A DNA stretch of 38,869 bases from an uncultured Ruminococcus sp. (GTDB lineage Bacteria > Bacillota > Clostridia > Oscillospirales > Ruminococcaceae). The stretch lies in the NCBI GenBank assembly GCA_964505695.1, contig CAZDJG010000001.1, positions 1 through 38,869 of the forward strand, read 5' to 3'. This document shows positions 28,458 through 36,900 of the stretch, piece after piece (position 1 is the stretch's first letter; each line of letters begins with the position of its first letter). A program made the position numbers and the translations under genes. Below the pieces are notes generated by a model. That model searched no databases. It worked only from the letters and a program-made list of their open reading frames with translations, and had not been told where the DNA came from.

Positions 28458-28831
28458 AAAAATTTTGTTACCCCATTTTGTGTAAAATGCTCAAATATTG
28501 TTGCTTTTATTCATATTATAAGTGTTTTTTGGGGGTGCTTTTTGACGAAATACGGAAAATTATCGGATTTTTTTGTACAATTGTCATAAATTAAACTATT
28601 TGCATTTTTTAAGGAAGATTATTACAGTAAGTATAATCATTTTTTCGCACAGACTATAATATTTTTGAAACATTTATAATGGTATTTACACATTATATAT
28701 GATAAAAGCGAATCAATTTTTGCAGATTTTACAATTTAATGCACGCTTTTTGTATAAAACGCTGAAATTTGCTTCTTTTGAGCCTTAGCTAAAAAAATAA
28801 GCCGAAAACGCCTTAAAAAGCATATATCCAC

Positions 28832-28860
28832 TTGAAAAAATATCCGCGGCAGTATATAAT
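28832..28860 (+). promoter_or_regulatory. sigmaA promoter of the small protein/amidohydrolase/GH26 operon
   Basis: TTGAAA-17 nt-TATAAT. Confidence 0.75.
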
Positions 28861-28930
28861 AGTAATAAGCGGACCGCAGCGCAGAACGAGCGACCGGACT
28901 GCTGTATACTATATATAAAGGAGACTGCAT

Positions 28931-29110
28931 ATGGCACAGAACAAGAAATCGGAAATGAACGGTACCCGTGTGATGATAAGAACAGTTTTACCGGTAGTGG
29001 CGGCTTTATTTGTTTTTCTTTTTTCCGCAGGCTACATCGCCTACAGAATGATAAGCAACAGAAATTACAATGAGCGCTGGAAGGACTATGACGAGTGCGG
29101 ACTGAGCTGA
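28931..29110 (+). CDS. 59-aa single-pass membrane protein (not in the ORF track)
   Basis: AAAGGAG RBS; MAQNKKSEMNGTRVMIRTVLPVVAALFVFLFSAGYIAYRMISNRNYNERWKDYDECGLS; stop abuts the RBS of the next gene. Confidence 0.75.
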   Translation: MAQNKKSEMNGTRVMIRTVLPVVAALFVFLFSAGYIAYRMISNRNYNERWKDYDECGLS

Positions 29111-29129
29111 TAAAGGAAGATTTGCGGAT

Positions 29130-30281
29130 ATGTATATTTACAATGCCAAAATCCTTCCGATGGACGGCGCGGAAATACCCTGCGGATATGTCTTTGTCAA
29201 GGACGGCAGGATAGCCGGGATCTTTTCGGGAAAACCCGAAAACATTTCGGAAAATGATATAAACGCCGAAGGAAGGCTTCTTATGCCCGGATTTATTGAC
29301 ATTCACACCCATATGGGCTTTATCGGCGACGGTGCAGGAGAGGAGGGCATTGACGTCAATGAGGGCAGCGACCCCGTAATGCCCCAGCTCAGAGCCGCCG
29401 ACGGTCTTAACTACCGCGACGGATATTTCTCCGATGCAGTAAAAGCGGGGGTCACCTCGGTCGTAACGGGGGTAGGCTCGCTTAATCCCGTGGGAGGCGA
29501 TATGATCGCTGTGAAAACCGCCGCAAGATATCTCGATGAGGCTTTTATCCGCCGTTCGGGTATCAAATTTGCGCTGGGTGAAAATCCTAAGTCCTATTAT
29601 AACGAGCGTGACGACGCCCCTCAGACAAGAATGGCGACCGCCGCTCTCATACGTGAAGCGCTTGAAAAGGCAAGACGGTACATGACCCTTGCGGAGCGTG
29701 CGGAGGAGCCTGAAGACCTGCCCGATTACGATATAAAGTGCGAGGCTCTTATCCCGCTTTTAAAAGGCTGCATGAGGGCGCACTTTCACTGCCACCGTGC
29801 GGATGATATTCTTACGGCTCTGCGGCTGTCGGAGGAGTTTGGCTTAAAGCCGCTGCTTATCCACTGCACCGAGGGACACCTTATTGCGGATATACTGGGA
29901 GAAAAGCACGCAGACGCAGTAGTAGGCCCCATAATCTCGGACAGGGGCAAGCCGGAGCTTGCAAACGCAAGCCTTGAAAATGCGGCAAAGCTTTCTGCGG
30001 CAGGGGTAAGAGTGGCGATATGCACCGATCACCCCGAAAACCCCATAAGCTTCCTTGCGGCAGGGGCGGCATACTGCCATAAATACGGTCTGCCTAAGAA
30101 TGAGGCTCTCAGGGCGGTGACGCTTACGGCTGCGGAGCTTGGCGGCTTTGCAGACAGAACGGGTTCGATAACCGTCGGCAAGGACGCCGACCTTATCCTC
30201 CTTGACGGCGATCCCTTTGACATTATGACAAACGTCTGCATGACTATGATAAACGGAAAAATCGAATATGAAAGGAAATGA
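29130..30281 (+). CDS. Metal-dependent amidohydrolase (imidazolonepropionase-like superfamily; substrate unknown)
   Basis: MPGFIDIHTH, KFALGENPK, HCHRADDI, HCTEGH, TDHP, GSITVGKDADL. Confidence 0.92.
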   Translation: MYIYNAKILPMDGAEIPCGYVFVKDGRIAGIFSGKPENISENDINAEGRLLMPGFIDIHTHMGFIGDGAGEEGIDVNEGSDPVMPQLRAADGLNYRDGYFSDAVKAGVTSVVTGVGSLNPVGGDMIAVKTAARYLDEAFIRRSGIKFALGENPKSYYNERDDAPQTRMATAALIREALEKARRYMTLAERAEEPEDLPDYDIKCEALIPLLKGCMRAHFHCHRADDILTALRLSEEFGLKPLLIHCTEGHLIADILGEKHADAVVGPIISDRGKPELANASLENAAKLSAAGVRVAICTDHPENPISFLAAGAAYCHKYGLPKNEALRAVTLTAAELGGFADRTGSITVGKDADLILLDGDPFDIMTNVCMTMINGKIEYERK

Positions 30282-30284
30282 CTT

Positions 30285-31937
30285 ATGAAAAGGACGAAAA
30301 AAATCCTTGCGCTTATATGCGCAGTTTCACTTTGTACGGGAGCATTTTCCTCCTGCGCGGATAAAACCGAAACGGATAACGATACCTCCGATGCTCAGAC
30401 AAGCGCTGAGGATAATTCCTCAGATACGGAGGAAAAAGCCGGCGATGGGATAAATGCTGTCTTCGGCGAAATAAGAACCCAGTACAATACAAGCCTCGAT
30501 CTGTCCGATTATCCGCTCACGCCCTCCGACGTTCCCGACGGCTACAGCCTTACCGTTGAGGCGGAAAGCGGAAAGCTTACGGGCAGCGCACAGGCTCATG
30601 AGCTTCCCGAAGCATCGGGCGGCGGATACGTAAACGGCGTGAACCTTGAGGGCGACAGCCTTGCCATGACCGCAGAGATAGAGTACAGCGGCTTCTACGA
30701 CCTTAATTTCCGCACTATGGGCAGCGAGGGACGTGTGAACAACGTTCTTGCAGACGGCATGAAAATAGGCGATATCACTACAATGTCTCCCGCCGAGTTC
30801 GGAGACACTCCGCTGTGCAACATCTATCTTGAAAAAGGCACTCATGAGATCTCGATAACTCCAAGCTGGGGATATATCGACATAGACTGTCTGGTGATAT
30901 CCGCCGCAAAATCCCCCATTACCGAGGAAACCTATAAGGTCGAGCCTGCCCTTACAAATCCGAATGCTGACGAAAACGCAAAGCGTCTTTTCAAATTTCT
31001 CTGCGACATTTACGGCAAGTATTCCCTTGCGGGACAGTATGCCGACGAGGGACGGGCTTCCTCCGAATATGAAAAGATAACCGCAAAAACAGGCAAGACC
31101 TTTGCCGTTCTGGGACTTGACGTAAGCGGCTACAGCCTTGGCAGCAAGGCTCACGGCAGCGAATCGAGAACTATTGAATACGCATATGACTGGTATAAGA
31201 ACGCAGGCGGCATCGTTCAGCTTTGCTGGCACTGGACGACCCCCGAGGATTACGCGGTCAATTCGGGCGATCAGCCGTGGTACAGCTCATTTTACAAGGA
31301 AGGCTCGAAGCTTGATCTTGACAAGATCATGAACGGCGAGGACGAGGCAGGCTATCAGCTCCTTATGGACGATATCGACAATATGGCAAACGAGCTTGCA
31401 AGACTCAGGGACGCAGGGGTTCCCGTTCTCTGGCGGCCCCTTCACGAGGCTTCGGGCGGCTGGTTCTGGTGGGGCGACTGCGAACCCGAAAGCTATATAA
31501 AGCTGTGGAATGTAATGTACGATAAAATGACCAACGAGCATAACCTTACAAATCTTATCTGGATATGGAACGGACAGGATCCCGCATGGTATCCGGGCGA
31601 TGAAACGGTGGACATAAACGGCTGGGACATTTATGCGGGAAATCATGTGGACTCCTCGCAGAGCGGACGCTTTGCGGACATGGCGTCAAACTACGGAACA
31701 AAAACAAAGCTTATCGCACTTACCGAAAACGGCTGCGTCATGGATCCCGACAAGGTAATGAACGACAATGCGAGATGGCTTTTCTGGGGAACCTGGAGCG
31801 ATCCCTATACCATGAAGCTGGGCGTTGTCATCAATGACGAATACACCACCGAGGAGCTGCTTATCAAGGCATATAACCATGAAAGAGTGCTTACCCTTGA
31901 CGAGCTGCCCGATCTGAAAAATTATCCTCTTGACTGA
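30285..31937 (+). CDS. Lipoprotein, CBM35-like module plus GH26 (probable beta-mannanase)
   Basis: Lipobox FSSC; VEAESG...WGYIDID CBM; WHW, WRPLHEASGGWFWWG (acid/base), WYPGDETVD, ALTENG (nucleophile). Confidence 0.92.
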   Translation: MKRTKKILALICAVSLCTGAFSSCADKTETDNDTSDAQTSAEDNSSDTEEKAGDGINAVFGEIRTQYNTSLDLSDYPLTPSDVPDGYSLTVEAESGKLTGSAQAHELPEASGGGYVNGVNLEGDSLAMTAEIEYSGFYDLNFRTMGSEGRVNNVLADGMKIGDITTMSPAEFGDTPLCNIYLEKGTHEISITPSWGYIDIDCLVISAAKSPITEETYKVEPALTNPNADENAKRLFKFLCDIYGKYSLAGQYADEGRASSEYEKITAKTGKTFAVLGLDVSGYSLGSKAHGSESRTIEYAYDWYKNAGGIVQLCWHWTTPEDYAVNSGDQPWYSSFYKEGSKLDLDKIMNGEDEAGYQLLMDDIDNMANELARLRDAGVPVLWRPLHEASGGWFWWGDCEPESYIKLWNVMYDKMTNEHNLTNLIWIWNGQDPAWYPGDETVDINGWDIYAGNHVDSSQSGRFADMASNYGTKTKLIALTENGCVMDPDKVMNDNARWLFWGTWSDPYTMKLGVVINDEYTTEELLIKAYNHERVLTLDELPDLKNYPLD

Positions 31938-31999
31938 TTTATCCGGGAATGCAGTCACACCCGTCGACGGCGAGGAAATCAGGGGACGAACCGTTCCGG

Positions 32000-32040
32000 A
32001 AAACTGCCGCGCAACAGTGCGGCAGTTTTTTGATTTTTTT
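32000..32040 (+). terminator. Intrinsic terminator after the GH26 gene
   Basis: AAAACTGCCGC...GCGGCAGTTTT followed by TTGATTTTTTT. Confidence 0.88.
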
Positions 32041-32052
32041 GAAAAAAATATC

Positions 32053-32081
32053 TTGCATTGCGGTACTTTTTATGATATAAT
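32053..32081 (+). promoter_or_regulatory. sigmaA promoter with extended -10 for the two-gene operon
   Basis: TTGCAT-17 nt-TATAAT with TG-N before the -10. Confidence 0.8.
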
Positions 32082-32154
32082 AAATGCAATTGTTTGAATG
32101 CATTATTTCGTAATTTGCATTCAAAGGATTTCTCAGGACAGGAGTAAAAGTAAT

Positions 32155-33894
32155 ATGAACATTTTTGCACAAAAAGCAGATTATAAAATAAATACCATTT
32201 ATAAATTCATTTTCGGCAAGGAAGGGATCTCACGTACGGAGGAGGAGATCGCTCCCCGTCTTGCCGCGTCCCCGGACGGGAGCAGGCTTTTCACCGTTTT
32301 TATTTCCGTATGCGATACAAATGAAAGGGCTTCGGTATTCAGATATACCGCCGACAGCCTTGAAGCCGCCTGGGACGGCTGCCGCAGCGCCGTATGCAAA
32401 TTTGCCAATACCCGTTCCTACGACTGCGTATGGGTAAAGGCGGATTATATTTGCAGCTCGGAAAAAAGAAGCCTTGACGATGTAATAAATGAAATAAACT
32501 CCTCCTACGGTCAGTATTTCAGAAAGGGAATTTCCTTTGACGACAGCTATCAGTCCGCCGTCACCGAGGCAGAGCTTAACGGAAACGACCTTATCGCATA
32601 CAAGAAAAAAACCATTGAGTTTGCAAGGATAAACAAATATATCTCCGCGCACTGCGGCAAGACACTTTTAGCTATGCCCGAGGAGGTCATTACCTTTGAA
32701 TGCCGCAGCTTTTTCTGCGACGAGAACACAAAGGTATACGAATTATACGGCGCAGGCTATAACTGCGGCAGACGGAAGCTGCGGTTTATGGATAAGCAGC
32801 TTGCTTTCGATGTTATTTCGTCGTCCTCCGAATATCTTTCCTTCCAGATAGACCTTGACGGAAAATTTGATTACGGCTTTTACCCGATAGACTATAAGCT
32901 TATACCCGGCTACAATATCCTCCGTCATTCCTCGTCGATATGGAGCCTTATATGCGCATACCGCCTTACAAAGGACAGCTTTACCTTAAATCAGATAAAC
33001 AAGGCTGTCGGATATATGATAAGCAATATGGAATATAAATATGACCGTCCCGAGGGAGCGGAGAATACGGCGTTTCTTATAGAAAAGCGATCAAATGAGA
33101 TAAAGCTCGGAGCAAACGCCGTGGCGGTGATACTGCTCACGGAGTATATGAAGCACATGAATACGGATAAATTCACAAAGGTGACTGTAAGTCTGGGCAA
33201 CGGCATTCTCGAAATGCTCGACCAAAGCAGCGGAGAATATTTCCATGTGCTGAATTACCCCTCCTGCACTCCCAAGGAAAAATACCGCACCGTTTATTAC
33301 GACGGCGAGGCGACCTTTGCCCTGTGCAGGCTCTACAGCCTTACAAAGGACGAAAAATGGCTGAACGCCGCAAAAAAAGCTGTGGATCATTTTATAAAGG
33401 CGGATTATGTCAAGTACCGCGACCACTGGGTGGCATATGCTATGAACGAGCTTACAATGTATGCGCCCGAGGAAAGATATTTTGAATTTGCCCTCAGAAA
33501 CGCACAGGAAAATCTGAAACGAATATACAATCAGAAAACCACATACCACACATATCTCGAGCTGCTTATGGTCACATTTGAGCTGTACCGCAGAATCACC
33601 GAAAACGGATATAAGGTAAAATATCTTGAAAAATTTGACGTTGATTTTTTTGTAAGGACTATTTTCCACAGAGCGCATTTCATGCTCAACGGATATTTTT
33701 ATCCCGAATACGCCATGTATATGAAGTATCCGGGGCAGATAAAAAATACGTTCTTTGTGCGTCATGACCGCTACAGAATGAGAATAGACGATATCCAGCA
33801 TTTCTGCGGAGCGTATTTTTCCTTTTACAATAATTACGATGCTCTGATGGAGCTGGTAAACAAAATGAATATTGATATCAACGAAAAAGATTAA
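32155..33894 (+). CDS. Uncharacterised 579-aa enzyme: alpha/beta N-domain plus putative six-hairpin (alpha/alpha)6 C-domain
   Basis: AGGAG RBS before ATG 32155; motifs GYNILRH, IKLGAN, YYDGEATFALCRLY, WLNAAKKAVD, DHW, RIDDIQH; fold assigned from recognition only. Confidence 0.65.
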   Translation: MNIFAQKADYKINTIYKFIFGKEGISRTEEEIAPRLAASPDGSRLFTVFISVCDTNERASVFRYTADSLEAAWDGCRSAVCKFANTRSYDCVWVKADYICSSEKRSLDDVINEINSSYGQYFRKGISFDDSYQSAVTEAELNGNDLIAYKKKTIEFARINKYISAHCGKTLLAMPEEVITFECRSFFCDENTKVYELYGAGYNCGRRKLRFMDKQLAFDVISSSSEYLSFQIDLDGKFDYGFYPIDYKLIPGYNILRHSSSIWSLICAYRLTKDSFTLNQINKAVGYMISNMEYKYDRPEGAENTAFLIEKRSNEIKLGANAVAVILLTEYMKHMNTDKFTKVTVSLGNGILEMLDQSSGEYFHVLNYPSCTPKEKYRTVYYDGEATFALCRLYSLTKDEKWLNAAKKAVDHFIKADYVKYRDHWVAYAMNELTMYAPEERYFEFALRNAQENLKRIYNQKTTYHTYLELLMVTFELYRRITENGYKVKYLEKFDVDFFVRTIFHRAHFMLNGYFYPEYAMYMKYPGQIKNTFFVRHDRYRMRIDDIQHFCGAYFSFYNNYDALMELVNKMNIDINEKD

Positions 33895-33907
33895 GGGGGA
33901 TACACCG

Positions 33908-36900
33908 ATGAGCGAGGGTAAAAACGATATTATTTCAAGGGAAGTAAGGTTTGACGATATAAATCATATCACCGTGTCGGATTTCCTGAATGCTGTTGAC
34001 GGAAAGGCTCTTTTTGATATCGATGCTGTAAGGGATAAAACAATCTCAAAAATAACCTCTTGCGACTGCAAAACACCATCCTCGGTCTATTTCTTTATTG
34101 ACCCCGGACAGAAGAATATAGGCTATGAGCATATAGCCGAGATAAGGGAAAATTCTCTTTTTGCGGTGTCGAAGAAGCCTGTTGAGGGTCTTGAATGCTT
34201 TATAGTCCCCAATGTCAATATCGCTTTTCAGCAGTTTGCGGCGGCATACAGACGTTCCCTTGATGTTAAGATCGTTGCCGTTACAGGCTCTGTGGGAAAA
34301 ACCACGACTATGAGAATGATCGCCTCTGTGCTTGGCAGGCACTTTAAAACAGACAGCACCGGAACCAAGGGAAATATTCCTCTTGCAGTTGCGGAAAACA
34401 TTTTGCGGATATCCAAAGATACGGAGTTTTATTCACTTGAAACGGCGTCCTCTCAGCCGGGGCAGATACACCGCAGCTCGCTTATAGGACAGCCCGACGC
34501 CTGCGTTATAACCAATATCGGAACAGCGCATATTGATCTTCTGGGGTCGCAGCAGAATATCTGCGATACAAAATTGCAGATACTTGACGGCGCCGCTCCC
34601 GATGCGCCTGTATTTCTCAACGCCGACGATCCGTTTCTTGCAAAGGCAAAGACCTCCCACCCCATAATTTATTACGGAATAAACAATAAAGCCGATTATA
34701 CTGCCCGCAGCATAAAGGTTGACAATGATATTATCAATTTCGAAATTGTCTACAAGGGGGGGTACTGCCCTGTGACTCTTAATATACACGGCAAGCATAA
34801 TGTATACAATGCCCTTGCCTCCTTTGCCGTTGGAAAATGGGCGGGTATGACCGATGAGGAAATTGCGGAGGGGATCGCCGCCTTCAGAACGGACAGCATA
34901 CGTCAGAATGTTTTTGACGCAGGAGGAGTGACCGTAATCGCAGATTATTTCAGCATTGACACAGCTTCGATGATCTCCTCCTTTGAAGCGCTGGCGGAAA
35001 GAAAAACAAAAGGCAAAAAAATAGCCGTTCTCGGTCACATTATGAGAATGGGAGATAAAAGCCGGGAAATGCACCGCATGGTAGGAGAAGAATTTGTAAA
35101 AAACGGTCTTGACTATGCTTTGTGCTTTGACGACGATTCAAAATGGCTCGCCGAAAGAGTGCGTGAGCTTGGCGGCAAAGCCGTGTATTTTGCCAATAAC
35201 AAATACAAGCTGATTAAATGGCTTGAAGAAAATGTTCAAAAAGGTGATGCAGTCCTGTTCAAGGGCGCACAGAAATATTCGCATTTTGAGGATATAATCG
35301 AGATTCTGTATTCATTTCCCAAGCCTCCGACCGTTCATGCAGAGGCTGCCATAGCCGCCGACCTTAAAACGGGAAAGATCACATTTTCAAAGAACATAAA
35401 AAAACGGATATCCCCTATAAGCCTTACAATGATAATGACCGCTGTTCTTGCTGCGGAAAAATGCGGCAGCGGAGAGATGATAGTGATCGGCAGCTCCATG
35501 CTCAGGTATTCGGGGGGAGGATATACAAACATACATCTGCGTGAGGGTGAAAAAATATCGGCTGAGGATATGATCTTTGCCGTTATGACAGCCTCTGCTT
35601 ATGATGCGGCTTATGCCCTTGCCGTGCATATCGGCGGCAGCGAGAAAAATTTCGTCGGACTTATGAACGAAAAAGCAAAAGAACTGGGCATGAACAATAC
35701 TCATTTTACAAACTGCTGCGGAATAATAAACGATGACCATTATTCGACTGCGGAGGATATGCTAAAGCTTGTCATATACGCAATGTCATTGCCTGCTGTC
35801 GCAGAGGCTGCGGGAACAGTCGAGTATGAGTGCAGCTCCTGCGAACGGAAATTTACCAATGTAAACAGGATCATAAATCCTGCCAGTCCTTATTATTATC
35901 CTTATGCGGCAGGCATGAAAACGTCCAATAACACCATAGGAAAGTACTGCATAGCAACTGCCGCCGTTAAAAACGGAAGGCGTGCGGCAGCGGTTCTTTT
36001 TGCAAGCCCTGACGAGCCGAGAAAGGCGGGCTACGATCAGAACACGCCCAATAAAATGTTCAGCTATACGGACGCAATGAAGCTTCTGGAATATACCTTC
36101 AGAAGCGCAGGAGGAGGTCAGTCTGTTCCCCCCGACGGCAGTAAAAAAAAACTGCCGGATCCTGATATGCCCCCGCCCTCCGGTTTTGGGATAAAGGGCG
36201 GCGACTGCTCCGCAACAGCACAATGGCTGCCTGTGGAAAATGCCGAGGGATACGTGCTTTCCTACTATCTTGCATCAGAGCCTGAAAAATGCATCAAAAC
36301 ACGCTACTCACAGAAATGCAGAAAAACCATTCTCGGCTTTAAAAACGCTGTGGAATATCTCGCCGACGTTTACGCATACAGAACCGAAAACGGCAGGGAA
36401 ATAAAAGGCGAACGCAGCAGGAAGCTATTATTTGTCCCCATATCGGAAAAGCTCAAAACCCCGAATACAATATGCCTTGAAAAAGGAGAATCCGCCGTTA
36501 TAACAGCGCAGTACAAAAACACCGTTCCTGAAGTGACCTTTTCCTCCTCGGCGACTGATATTGCAGAGGTATTTCGGGACGGAACGGTAACGGCTCATGC
36601 AGAGGGCAGAGCGGAAATCACCGCAGAAATGGAAAACGGTGAAAAAGCCGTTACAAATATAGTCTGCGGCAGAGATATTTTCAGAAAAAAGAAATCCGAG
36701 GCTGTCGTTATGCTGACAGGTGACCTTATGTGCGCAGTGAACCATCAGCGCAGGACGGCAAAGCACTCCTTTGATTTTTCCCGCACCTTTGATAATATCC
36801 GCAGCCTGCTGAGATCGGCAGACCTTGCAGTCGGCGTGCTGGAAACCGTCTGCTGCGATTTTTCTCCCTTTGAATGTGAGGAGCTGAGAACGCCGTCGGG

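Noticed and set aside
30420-31232. 270-aa minus-strand ORF
   Set aside because: Antisense to the GH26 gene
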